Source: Takakia lepidozioides (taxonomy: Eukaryota; Plantae; Bryophyta). From it: a DNA stretch of 64,000 nt. Under the pieces are notes generated by a model. That model did not search any database. It was not told the origin of the DNA and saw only the letters and a program-made list of their open reading frames with translations. Below, piece by piece: positions 38,871 through 51,493 of this stretch; within the stretch, counting starts at the first letter, position 1, and every line of letters starts with the position of its first letter. The translations under genes were made by a program, and so were the position numbers. Where the stretch lies: positions 78,120,001 to 78,184,000 of the forward strand of contig CM060731.1 of NCBI GenBank assembly GCA_030704615.1, in the 5' to 3' direction.

Positions 38871-39736
38871 GGCAGAACCCGGATGGATCCCACCACCTTT
38901 GGGGATTGTGTATGACTGGGACTGATGGATACTAGGTTCCCACTCCGGGAGAAGGGCCCCCGAAGTGATGGACGGGCGCCGCCCCCTAGGAGAGGTGGAC
39001 CGAAGTTGTTTCGCACGGTTGGTCCGCGCCTTCGCCAGCCTGATGACGGCACCATACGTGAGGAGAGTTTGACACACTGAGCGAACAAGACACCATGGGG
39101 TGGCGGGAGGGTGGCCAAACGGTGGCTTAATTCACTCTGTCACTTTTCATCCACGCCGTCATTCGTGCACGAAACAGAGGGCCACATGTTTGCCACATGG
39201 ATTATTAAATATTTTGGCTTGGACTATTAAATGTATTTAAGACCAAATGTCTTCACCCTAACTCTACATTGACCTACTACTAACCCATAGTAAACTACAC
39301 TAACTAATGAACTAAAATGAGAGTCCCCAATGATAGTTCTAGAATGTTATGGGGGCGACCCCTAGGCGTTGCTGGCTATGCGAGTTTTTTTTTTTTGTAA
39401 TGTGTTTTGTATTTTGTTTTTGGTTTGATTTGGTTCGGGCAACTGTAGGCGACAACGACCACCGGGCAACCGTGGCCATCAGTATGGGTCCAATTCAGTC
39501 TCCAGAGAGAAGTACTGCTCTCCGAACAGTGTATCCTTGAAGTACCAGAGACCCCACACACAAGCATAGTATCCATCTCTTTGGCATATCATTTAGTCTC
39601 TTTTCTTAGTGCAGTATCCTACCTGCCTATAGGCCCGTTCTCGCAGTTAGCTCTCCTTACCCTCTTCATACTGATACAGTAACGTCACTACAGCTCCTCT
39701 TTCTCATTCCAGTTTAAACAGATAACCCCCATCCTT

Positions 39737-41000
39737 TTATCTTCCCTCCCTTCCATGACTGTAAAGAGAAGTGGAATGTACCTCCAGTTCCTCAGTTTCT
39801 TCTGCTGAACCAACTGGATACATGCTCAGAGCATCCACATTAGCATGCCTAGCACCTTCCCTATGAACGATTTTGAATTCGAAATCTTGCAACATCATGA
39901 TCCAACTCTCTCTTCGCCGATATGCATCACTCACGGTTGCCAACCATTCCAGTGGTTTTTGATATTCAGTACTAATCACAAATTAATGGAGTTCCATATA
40001 AGTATTGCCGAAAAGGCAAAACCCCCACACCAAGGCGTAGCACTCACCTTCCATTGGGTGATACTTGCGGTGCGCATCAGATAGAACCTTGCTGGCATAT
40101 GCAATGACCCTTTATTTCTTGTATTCCTTCTGTGATAGAACAACCCCTACTCATTTTATAGACCAGTAGTCTAGTATAAATGGCTTGGAGAAGTTTGGCC
40201 TAGCTAGAATAGGGGCAGTGGTAAGCTTTACCTAAATAATTGCTGCAAAGGCATTTTGTGCCTCCGGACCCCATGTGAACTTCAATTTTTTTTTGTTAAA
40301 GTAAACAAATGAACAGCCACCCCAACATATCCCTTCACATAAGTCCTACAGGATTCCGTCATCCCTAAGTAGCATTTGACAACAGTAGGGTTTCGTGGGA
40401 GATGATATCTCTCAATAACGACTATCTTCTTTGGATCTGGCCAGATGCCTTCTGCAAATACCACATGCCCAACAAACACTAGCTGTAAATTACCAAACGT
40501 GCACTTATCAGGGTTTAGCCGCAGATTAACACTCTTCAATTTTTTCAGCACTTTTTTAATGTGCTTCAGATGAGTTGCCCAATCTGAGCTATGGATATTG
40601 ACATCATTTATAAGGACTTTGGCACAATCATTGATCTCATCCTTAAGAATAGTGGCCATTGCCCTCTGAAAAGTAGTTGTGGCGTTTTTTCAGCCTAAAT
40701 GGCATGACAAGCCATTCATATAAATCATTCCTTGTGATCACAACAGTCTTACTGATGTCACTGTTATACATATTTATCTGCCAGAACCCACTTTGTAAAT
40801 CTAGAGGAGAAAACCACTTAGCCTTTCCCAGCTCGTTCAACAAGTCTTTGTATCAAATGCATATGATACAAATATCTTTTGCTCAGACGGTTCACAGGCC
40901 TGAAGTCACCACAAAACGCTTACATCCATTTGTTTTTTGTGGTAGAGTAACTGGACAAGACCATTCTGAATTACTCTCCCTCATCTTCCCCTATGTAATC
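39737..41000 (-). mobile_element. Ty3/gypsy RT-RNase H fragment (degenerate)
   Basis: LGKAKWFSPLDLQSGFWQI, YEWLVMPF, a decayed YxDD (LIND), LNPDKC, GIWPDPKK, and WIMMLQDFEFKIVHREGARHANVDALS. Confidence 0.85.
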
Positions 41001-41467
41001 TGTAAAATGAGCATCATTTGCGTTTGGTTTTGGATATATTGAAAGAGAATCACTTGTTTGCTAAAAAAACAAATGTGAATTCTTTGTTGATCATATGGAT
41101 TACTTGGGGTATTGTATTTCCAATGATGGAATCTCAATTGATCCCAAGAAAATCAGTGGCTGATTGGCATAAATCAAATGATAAGATTGAAGATTTATTG
41201 GATTTGCTAGTTTCATGCTGAAATTTGTCAAATAATTCTCTCATATTACAACTCAATTGACTGACCTGCTTAAGAATTCAAATCTTATAAACTTGAAAGA
41301 TATCTGGACTGAAGAATATGATGCTAGCTTTGAGAAGGTGAAATTTGCTTTTACACAAGCTCATGTACTAAAATTGCTTGATCATAGTGAGGGACAATTG
41401 TATTGTAAACCGATGCAAGTGATATCGCCATTGGAGCCATGTTCATGCAAGATGGACAAGTGATTAC

Positions 41468-42040
41468 CAGTGTTGGGCGGATATAGAGTCATCAGGATAT
41501 CAATAGTAGGATATCAACCCGTATATCAATGTATCCGGATCCGGATCCGACAACTATTTGATATCCGGCTATTATTTATATCCGGATAGGATCCTACCTG
41601 CCGGATATAAAAAGATTTAATAACTGGATTGTATCCGGATATGTAGCCAAAATACCGGATCTCAACTGGATACAAGAAAATAAAATAAAATATTAATGTT
41701 TATTAGAATATTAATAATTTAAATTGCTTAATTTAAAAAAAAAAACAATTGCGAGTAAATCTCAATAAAGTTAAATCAGGGCTACAATCCGCCTGTTAAT
41801 ATATATATATATTTCATGATTATTTATATCTAGATTACTCTATAACCGCCGGATATTAAAATCTAACCCGGACTTATTTATATCCGGCAGATTTTTTAAA
41901 AACTTCCACTATGCATAACCGGCGGATATTAGAAATGTAAATTATTCTAATATCCGGATCCGCAGGATATATCATTCTCTAATTCGTCAAGTATCCGGAC
42001 CCGACGGATATTAAAAAAAACTAAGAACCGCCCAACACTG
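41468..42040. mobile_element. Non-autonomous hAT element (MITE-like, 573 bp)
   Basis: Perfect 13-bp TIRs cagtgttgggcgg / ccgcccaacactg, an 8-bp TSD gtgattac (41460-41467) / gtaattac (42041-42048), and many internal ccggat/atccgg motifs. Confidence 0.9.
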
Positions 42041-42226
42041 GTAATTACCTATAAGTATCCAAAGATCTGTCCACTAGAAAAGAACTATCCAAACTCACGA
42101 AAAAGAGTTGTTCATAATAGTTTATGTTTTAAAGATATGAAGACATTATTTGTTTTGAGTTAATTTTATGATAAAAATTGATCATCAGTTTGAAGTTTTT
42201 GACAACACAACCCCATTTGAGCCTTA

Positions 42227-43003
42227 GTTGCACATATGGACGTGACATGGCGCAATGACATCAGCGTCACGTCCAAACCGGACGTTACAATGTGTAATTA
42301 GTTTTTAATTTTTATCTTTATTAATGATTATTTATCCTGGATACCCGAAATGGTGGCCCAAGTGGACTGAACACGCGGATAAAATTTTATTGCATTTAAA
42401 AAACTAAAAACTAAATATATATGGGACCACCAATATTGGCGGTCACAACATTAGATTTTTTAAAAATACAGACGACCGCCAATATTGATAATTACAGCAG
42501 TTTTTCTTGAAATTGATGATCGCATACATTTTTTCAAAAAAAACATGCGACCGCCAATATTGGCGGTCATACGTATCTAAGAAATTATAAAATTATAGAA
42601 TTATAAAAGATAATAAATCAAATATAGGAAACCATGCGACCGTCAATATTGGTGGTCGCATCCATTTTAAGAAAAATAATAATAATGAGAAAACAAAAAA
42701 TAAAAATAAAATAAAAAACATGCAACCGCCAATATTGACGGTCACATATATTTTATAGAATAACATAAAATACTGCGACTGCCAATATTGGTGGTTGCAT
42801 GCGTTTTTAAAAAAAAAATCAATATTGGCGGTCGGAGTAATTTACTAAATATGCATTCTGAAGCCATATATCTATAACAATGCAATGTGGCAGAGGCGAT
42901 GACCATTTATTATATATATATATATATATATATATTCCGGTAAAATTGATGTGACGCGGGTTGCGTTAGCGTCAGGTCTAACGTGACGTGACGTGTGCAA
43001 CCC
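42227..43003. mobile_element. Non-autonomous TIR element (PIF/Harbinger-like) carrying a GACCGCCAATATTGGCGGTC palindrome array
   Basis: Imperfect TIRs gttgcacatatggacgt / acgtgacgtgtgcaaccc flanked by tta / tga. It interrupts gypsy RNase H homology. Confidence 0.6.
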
Positions 43004-43223
43004 TGAGAATTACTTCAACAGTTTTATTATGATTGCTGATGCACTTTCAAGAAAACCATAGCAAGTCAACGTTGTCTCATGTTTAGTGCTATGGCCACAT
43101 TGGACGCATTCGTCTGTCGAATGCAGCTCCCACATAGCGGGGCCTCGGCGCAACATTGTCAAAGTGTCCCGAGACTGCCGCCTCAGCGTTCGTGCAACGT
43201 ATTTTGAAATGACGTCAAAATTT

Positions 43224-43377
43224 CACTACACCAAAAAATGGTTTTCATGATATTTTATATTCTTAAGTCATGGATTTCATGACTAAAATCATGACTTAAA
43301 GAAGCATTGACATTAAACGTCATACATATGACTTCGTCAATTTGAAAAGTCACGACCATGACTTCAAAAAGGTAGTG
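43224..43377. mobile_element. Possible CACTA end/remnant
   Basis: cactacaccaaaaa start with repeated catgact/agtcatg motifs and a gtagtg end. The TIR match is only 6 bp and there is no 3-bp TSD. Confidence 0.35.
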
Positions 43378-45418
43378 TACTCATGGATGAAGACACGGTA
43401 TTCCGCACCGCACCACGTGGTGAGATGTTATTCATCAAAAATTTTATATTTATTTTAAATTCAAAAATATTAAAAATCATGCAAACTGCACCATGATGAG
43501 AGACAATTCATCTTTTTTTTTCTAAATAATTATTTTTTTAAATTCAAAAATATGAAAAATCATGTCCGCGATGTCATGTGGCATCGTGTTATGCCGTGCC
43601 GGACCGGTGACCATGTAACATCGTGCATTTTTTAAAGTCTGTTGATGTATATAATATGTATGTTGTTGTCATATTATAGCGACAATTAAAGGTCAGAGAC
43701 TACTTGTAGCGTAAAGCGGGAATATGGTGTCATAATGCCACGTCAATGTCGCTCCGTCATTGTTAGCCACGTTTCGTCGCCATATCATCAACGTCATGTT
43801 TTTTAAACCCGGAGAACCCGACAAGAACGTCTTGAATTGTCTGAAGCTTTTTGATCTGCCTGAATGGTGCAGCCCCCAGCTAAATGTCCGTGAGCGCACC
43901 TTTCAAAGCAGAGGTGGAAGAGAGAAATTTTTGGGTGTAAGCCAGACATACAAGCTGATGCTATGGACAAATCGCTGATAGATCGGAGGCGGCAGGGTGG
44001 GTCGATGCTCGTACACAGTTGATGAGAACAGACCTACTCTTGACATTAACTCTACTCGAGCGCCAGATGAGCGATTGAGTGTAGCGGCGTACGAGACTTT
44101 GGTTTCAATCTAATCGGTTTTTTTGGTGAAACTTGAACATACCGACAATAATTTCTTGAACTTCTTGAACTGTATGAAACTTCTCGAACTGCCTCAACTG
44201 AGCGGGCGGCTGCAACCTGTACATGAGCTTGAATGATTTGGACATTTGTACAGCTTGAACGGCTATGTGTACGGTGGAGACAATGCACTCATAAGACGTT
44301 GTTTGCCGTAGCATTTCTTGAGCGTAACATTGTGTGTGTGTGTGAGAGAGAGAACAATGCCTGTCGTTCTTCCTTCTCTTTGTTTATCTTAGTCTATAGG
44401 CGTAGCTAGCACTTGTCCCGACTTAGCAACAAGAGACGAACAGCCCTTGTGCTAGCCATTTCCAAGAGTCTTAATTTGAGTCCATTGAACTAGAATTTTC
44501 CACAAGCTGTACATGAGGGCCTAATTCAGCTATTTCATATTTAGAAGCTGATAGTAATGTTGCTTTAAGAGAGAGGCCAGAAGAATTTCTTGCCAATCCG
44601 GACACCATTGAAGAACAAAAAGCATTGAAGGACGAACTGCCATCACTTCCAGTTTACCAATTATTGAGGTAAACTTGAACTACCTTCAGGCACTCGTGGA
44701 GGAGTTGGAGACAAATCTAGACGAAACAAAAAAAAACAAACCTCCATTGAAAGATTTAGAAGGGAAGGTGAAGAAGATTTTTGCCCCTGAAGCGTAAGTA
44801 CTTCTACTTTATAAACCAAAAAGCCCAAACACAAACACAAGATGAAAGGGTGAAAAACCGTGGGCCGTTGGATGGGCCATGATGTCGACTACCCATTTAA
44901 AGCCACGTAGGGAATGCAAAGATGGACGGTGGCCTTGTGTAGCCGCGACACTTGCGTCTGTCCAGCTGCGTTGCGGAACGGCTATACGTCCGCCCAACGT
45001 GCCCTACCTCTAATGAGTAGCCGGATTATCCAAGAAATCAGGGGTCGATACTTGAGAGATGAATTCTTTAAGATACCTAGGTTTTGAAAACGTGTCACGA
45101 GATAATAGAATCTCCATTGAAAAAGAAAAATATCGGTCATGCTTCTTGAGAGATGAGGTACTAGTTTATAATGGTCGATTGTGCATTCGCATGCTCGTAA
45201 ATTTGAGATTGCGAATAATTCATGATAATCATAATGTTTCAACCTCAAGATATCCGAGCTTTCAGAAAACCTACTAGTCAATATGGAATCATTACTTCTG
45301 GTTAATATATATAAAGATGTTTCCCTTGTGAAGTTTCAAAGTTAGAAAGAGTCGATAGACCTACTGGGTTGTTACAACCTCTATCTGTTCCTAGATAGAA
45401 TTGAGATTCCGTTCGTAT

Positions 45419-45905
45419 TGTATAAGGATGCATAATGCTTAAGGTTGGCTTGACTTGATTATTTACAAACATGTTGAGTCAGATCCGTCCGCGTATGGTA
45501 AAACAACAACAATAATGTAAGATTATAATTCAAGCGTATGATCTTGGATAGAAATTTCGCCAATTTATGGCCAACTCTTTGGCAAGCCCGTAGTCAAATC
45601 CTCCCCACCCCCTCATGGTATTAAAGATTTTAGAACGATTAGTTTGTTGTGTACCAACGAGTAGTATGCTAGTAAGACAAAGGTGTTGGAGGTTTTTGAC
45701 CTTGTTGGAATAATGGTCCCAAATTCTGGCACATGCAAGGGTGTTGGAATGGGTGATACTGAGGCCACATGTAGAGGCTAGCATAGAAGTAGGATATGTG
45801 AGACAGTCGGACCTCCTTCTAGTTCTAGAGCTTTCCAAAGAATTCTAGAGAAGTAGGATGAGGCGGTGGCCCCTTTCTAGAAGGCTCCACCATTGCCTTG
45901 AGACA
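45419..45905. mobile_element. Putative solo LTR (487 bp)
   Basis: TG...CA termini flanked by a 4-bp direct repeat gtat (45415-45418; 45906-45909). It begins exactly where integrase homology stops. Confidence 0.5.
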
Positions 45906-47505
45906 GTATATATAGAGGGTGAGGGCTACTTACTCCGGTGGCTCCGGTGGCTCCGGTGGCTCTGCAAGTAAGCCCCCCTTAAAAAATGTAAAATTGGAAC
46001 TTGAACCTATGTTGTTCTTAGTTACGCCGGTTTCGGCCGGAGTTCTCTGGAACTTGAACCATCTTCAAGAAATGTCAATAAGGGGACCTATTGGAATATT
46101 TGCACCCCATCCATGTCACTTTGGTGTCATTTTTTGGTGCTTTTTATATACTCCCCCATGTTTTGTGACACCAAGTGGTAGTTAAAGCAGCCTTCCATGG
46201 TGGGGTAAGTTTAGCACTTCCATGTAAGGGGGTGGCGGGGCCTGGCAAGTCAGTGCGTATGTATGTGCAACCCGATGAAATGGGATGGAGCTTGGTGGAC
46301 TGGTCCCTGCACATTCATTGCACTGAGTTTGGACCTGTGCAGGCCCAACCAGGACATGCTAGTTTGATAGAGATGTTGACATTCACACCTGAGTTACCTT
46401 GGGTCTCTTGTAGCGCCAGGCTAAAGTTCAAATATACCGCTCAGCTGCCGAGCTCCACATGATTGTGGAAACGCTGGAGGGGACCAGGCTATTTTCTCCA
46501 AGCGCCCGGCGAACTCCTATCTTGTGGTCTCAGCTCCTCCCACATGGAAGGATGCTCTTACACCAGTGTCCAATGTCACTCCAACTACTAGTGTTACCTC
46601 ACCCCTTCCGTGTCACCCTGATGTCTGGTGTCATTCCAATCTGTGTCAATCTTGAAACAGGGTGGGGAAAATTTGACAAGTAATGTCACCCTGTTCCATG
46701 TCACTCTGGTGTCACTCCAATCCGTGTCACTCTTGGGAGGGGGTGGGAAGAGTGACAGGCTGGAAACCGGCCCACCATACTGTCAGATATGGCACTTTGC
46801 ATTAAGTTCTTACTGCTATGGTTCTCCCCTCCTATGGTGTCTATGACATTTAATACTTACCAAAGCCCAAGGCAGGTTGGCACTGGAGCATAGAAAGGAA
46901 GAAACATGAAACACTTGTGCATATAACAAGCCTACACCTACCTGCGTTGTGTAGATTAAAAGTCATACCCAGGGATGTACCCAACAAAGTCCTCTGCAAC
47001 AGTCTGCCCAAGTAACGGAAGCAGCCCATTCGCTGGTACCTTGAGTGATGAATAGGAAAGGGATGGGGTTCCAGAACTCATCACCCCTCTCCCATAGTGG
47101 CGGCTGAGGTAGGTCCTTAATTGGAAACCTGATTTGCTATTTGAGGAGAATGAGAATTTGTTTCATCCAGTGGCTTTGACTGCAATCTAGGGGGGCTATT
47201 GCCCATACAAAGAAGCTCCACTTAAGATCAAGGCGGATAAGAAATGGCTACAATGGGCTTGCAAGTATTCTACTGCAACCAGCTAAGAAAGCATCACCAG
47301 TGAATCCTCTCTGGATGCTGATCACTACATGTTGCCAAGATGAGGATCCCAGTGAGACAAAACTGCAGTGGACGACGTGGCGAGCAACTCATGGGAGAAG
47401 GATACCCAAAAATTAAGGACAATAGCCCCATAAAAGAGAAAAGAAACTCTTCCAATTCCGCTAGCTTAAGCCGCTATGATCACTCGCTAAAGCAAATAAT
47501 TGTGT

Positions 47506-50500
47506 CTAATATCGTATGCTCTTTCCCACTTCAAAAAAGTGTGCTACCTTCTCTTCAGATGTGCCCACCAGCACCCCATGCCCCAGATTAAGGATGTGCT
47601 TATGGCGCCCAGCCTTTGCAACTGTATCATGTATTCTTCTTTCAATGAAGTCCCTTGAACCAAAGAGAGCCCCAGGATCCATATTACCCTGCAAAGTCAA
47701 ACTCCCTATGTCAGTTACAGTACATGGATGGAGAAGTAGCATGGAGTCTGTCGTCACTGAAGATTCCTCCCTCCATTCAATTGGCCATCATTCGGAGTTT
47801 GAAGCAGCTTGTCGGCCTATGAAGATCAGTTCAGCCCCAGGACTGCACAACTTGATGAATAGGGAAAGAGAGGAGAGTGTACCTGCACAGCAATCTCAGC
47901 CCCTATCCGTTGCCTGGCTTCGGCCATATCAACTGTCCAATCCACGCTGACAACATCCACGCCTGTGGATGCCATTCGCTCCAGTAAACCCCCACTCCCG
48001 CTTGCATAAAGAATGAGAGGGAGGTCTGGATGAGTTGCCTTCACCGCACTAACTATCTGTTTCAAATATGGAAGACTGAACTCCTCAAAGTCGACTGGGC
48101 TGAGTTGGGTGGCCCAAGAGTCAAAGATTTGTACTGCTTGCGCCCCTGAGTCTGCTTGATACCGCACATAGATTATGACTGATTCTGCAAGTTTCTGTAG
48201 CAATGAGTGAAATATCTGCCAAGGACACAAGCCACAAGCATGTGAGGATGCTAGATCTCCTTTAGTAGTGCCTTGAATGCTGAATATGAAGAAACATGTA
48301 CCGAGCTATAAAGTCAAAAATCCTGCACTTTCTAGCCTTATGAAGTTCACCAGCACTCAACAACGCCAGAGGGGGGATGCCAGAGGAAGAAGCTTACCTC
48401 AGGTGACTCAAAGGCCAGTCTTTTGATGACTGCGAAATGTTTGGAGGATCCACCCTCAACAATATAGGACGCTAGTGTGAAAGGGGCTCCTACAAATCCC
48501 AGTACAGCAGCCGCATTCCCTACCTATTCAATCACGACACATCCACCCTCACAAGATTATTTCCCAATTTGGCAAGGGAGTGCCCCCACCTGCTGCAGAG
48601 ATACCCAGACAATGTGACCCCGGTAGAGAACTTTGTGGATGTGAACCCATGACCGACTGGCAGCCAGAGTGTCCTAATCACTGGGCCATATGTTAGGAGT
48701 TTCTTAGGAGTAATATGCAACCGGGAACCCTGCCAGTTGCATTCAGCAGCAATGGTTGTCAAATTTTCACTTCCAGTACTGACAACAAGTTCACCCTTAG
48801 AATTCTGTGGGAACATAGCATCAGTAATATGCATCCTATGACAAAAAATGCCTTCCTGTCATTTCCCACAACACTCTCCTGTTTGATGTTCTTCTTAACT
48901 TGGAGGAGTGAAGGGTCCTTGTACCTCAGACCGTAAGGCAGACAGGGTTTCGCCAACATAGGGAACAGCCTCACCAGGCACCAGCTCCCTTACTTGTGCG
49001 ACATCAGCAGCAGTGCGAATGGGATGATGGATGACGGGTCCTTTGCTCTTCAGAATATCAAATGGAATGTTCATTCCTGTTAATGGGGTCAGAATATCTG
49101 AGAACAGTATGACCTGCACATATCAAAAGCAGGAGGCTACATTAAGAAAGTCTGGTGACCCCAAGCAACTCGTTGCCAAAGTTGTTCCAAATACCCTAAT
49201 TTCAAACTTGGAGATGGCACATCACCCCTCTTAACCTTCCTACAATGCCATCAAATTGGTTCTACTGGGTGCTGAGACTAAATGCTTTACAGTGAATTTT
49301 CACCAGAAAGTCCAAATTCCACGTTGATTTCTGGCCTCTGAGCATTCCTACCTGTTCCTATTCTGTCGTTCACCATACACTGCCATTGTTGCACAGAGCT
49401 GCAAGCCAAGCATGGATGATGGTAGACAAATAGAGAGAGAGAGAAAGAATGTACTCATATAAGACGTTGTTTGCCATAGCCTTCTGGCCATTGACCCCCC
49501 GCCCAGTTTGAGCGGAACACAAACGGACAGAAACTACCTTTGTCAGGGGCTGACGCCGTTAGTATGACTTACCTTCAAACAACTTGATCTGAGTTTTCCA
49601 GATATCCTCTAGAAATCCCCTTACACAAGCATCAATCTGCTGTGTGATTCGCCCAATAAAGGGAGTGAGAGAGAGAAAGAGAGAGACCCCATCAGGATGA
49701 AAAGCTCGCCAAGGTTGGAGCGAGACTTCAACAGCCAGGTCCACATTCTCAGATCGTTCCCTGAACGTGGGATGCTTTTCGCACAACTCTTGATACACCT
49801 GTTTCCACCAACATCAGAAGTGATATACAAGCATAGACTGCAAAAGAATTTCAAGGCAAGTTATTTTGAATAGCTGCCTCATACTACATAGAGTCATTAG
49901 CCTGTACTGTTTCACATGTAAGTGAGGTTCAGAATTATGGAAGCGAATTGAATATTAGAAGGAGGGAGAAAAATACAGATTCCAAGGGCTGTGCAATCGT
50001 CCACTGAGGATCCAATAAAAGGTTTTGTGCTCAAGAAAGAACGATGTTTCTCACTATGCATACCTTCATGTACCGACCAGCTTGCCTCATCATCCAAACA
50101 GGTGGCCTTTCCACCTGCTCTCCTCGTACAGCCCGCAGCAGAAGAGGGTCTGCATTGCCCAATCCTGCCGGGACTTCTGTCATGGATTCTGTCCCATTCA
50201 TAGAGACGAACCCTCAGGGCATTGTCATAGGGGAACGCTAACTTTCAGTTCCAGGGGTCCGGGGAAAGCTACTCTCAGTCTGTAGGTATGCTTTACCTAC
50301 CTGCAGGCCGACGTCAGGCCAACAATGCAAAATTACCTCTGCTTCTTGAGGAACCAGAAAGCAATCAGAAGGGGATTTAGCTTATGTATCCTCCCCACAC
50401 TCTCATCAGAATTGGCCAGCATCCGGCCCCTTCTTCACTCTGCGTCGAAACTATTCCCTAATTGTAGTATTACGAAGAGCTTCAGAGTTTCAGAGCTTCA

Positions 50501-50878
50501 GAGAAGGCAAGAGAGAGAAGAGACGTCACATGAAGTGGTGAAACGAGAGTCTGAAAAAACAAATTGGGGAACAGAATGTACTCATAATAAGACTTTCTTT
50601 GCCGTAGCCTAGGAAATTGGGGAACAGAGAGAGAGAGATACAAAGAGAGAGAGATGAAATGGTACAGAATGGAAAGAGATACCTGCAGCCACGGTCTGAG
50701 CGACCGATTGGAGCAGACCTGGACTTCTCCCGCCCACACTTTTCCATACCTTGGGTCCGATCCGTATCCTCACACCAACCCATTTCTGTTGAAGTTTAAG
50801 GGGCTGCAGAGACGGGGAAGATGAGGAGATGGGCGTGGCAATGGCTGAGAGCGTGAGCGTGTTGGCTGCCATAGCCAT
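47506..50878 (-). CDS. HEME2: Plastid uroporphyrinogen III decarboxylase (HEME2/UROD2 type); exons 50878-50683, 50188-50064, 49798-49688, ~49113-48925, ~48523-48398, ~48215-47883, ~47688-47506
   Basis: Transit peptide, then [70 protein letters not shown] and [13 protein letters not shown]...IRY*. Confidence 0.95.
49449..49666 (-). mobile_element. 5'-truncated LINE 3' end with 14-bp TSD in UROD intron 3
   Basis: Reverse-complement match to 22330-22546. gagagagagaaaga is duplicated at 49435-49448 and 49667-49680. Confidence 0.85.
50576..50613 (-). mobile_element. 38-bp LINE 3'-tip insertion with 15-bp TSD in UROD intron 1
   Basis: atgtactcataataagactttctttgccgtagcc matches the LINE terminus. 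aaattggggaacaga is duplicated at 50561-50575 and 50614-50628. Confidence 0.85.
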
Positions 50879-51493
50879 CTCACCCCAAGCTTCTGTCTGT
50901 TCGAGAATACAAGAAGAGACCAACACAATGCAGACCACGACAAAATCAGAATGTGCGTATGAAGGTTTGACCACAGGATCATCTGCTCAGTAATTGTTTT
51001 CTCTTTCTATTTTGCTTAGAAAAATCAAACAATATTTATCCTCTTATCCAATCTGCTAGGAGTGTCGGCCAATGGGAATTCTGAGAGACCCTCCATCCAA
51101 AGTCGGCTTCAGAGTATCCATCCATCTACCTCATTCATTCACTTGTACTGTCATCCATCGTAAAAACTGTTCATCAAACACGTCCGTCTATTAAACTAAC
51201 TAAAACCAATTAAGGGTTAATTATGTTAATTAATATTAATTAAGGTAACTAATGAAATGGAGTGGGGGTTAAGTGAAAGGGTAGTCTCAGGGGCCTCGCA
51301 AAAACACCCATTCAGTTGTAACTTAGTGTCTCACCTCCAACCTTCTCTCTCCTCCATGTCTGATGCAATGCAGTTCAAAAACAACCAGAAAACCCATGGA
51401 AGATGGTCACGTTGACCACTTTGATTTCCAAGACAGGGATCAGAAGAAAAGCACTGACAGATCAATAGACTAGTTTTTGACTCGGGACAAATC

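Larger units (their letters stand above)
41010..45415 (+). mobile_element. Second Ty3/gypsy pol remnant (RT end, RNase H, integrase Zn-binding region) split by nested insertions
   Basis: Collinear pieces: LRLVLDILKENHLFAK (41018), WTEEYDASFEKVK (41305), NY..HEKEL...RHYL (42080-42220), IADALSRKP (43030), and YNGRLCI...IIHDNH...GLLQPLSVP (45150-45395). Confidence 0.7.

Noticed and set aside
36842-39118. GC/GA-rich ORFs as genes
   Set aside because: Low-complexity, overlapping in several frames, partly created by a tandem duplication, and lacking any recognisable domain.
42425-42833. CRISPR array
   Set aside because: Lies inside a TIR-bounded element with low-complexity AT-rich spacers and no cas genes.
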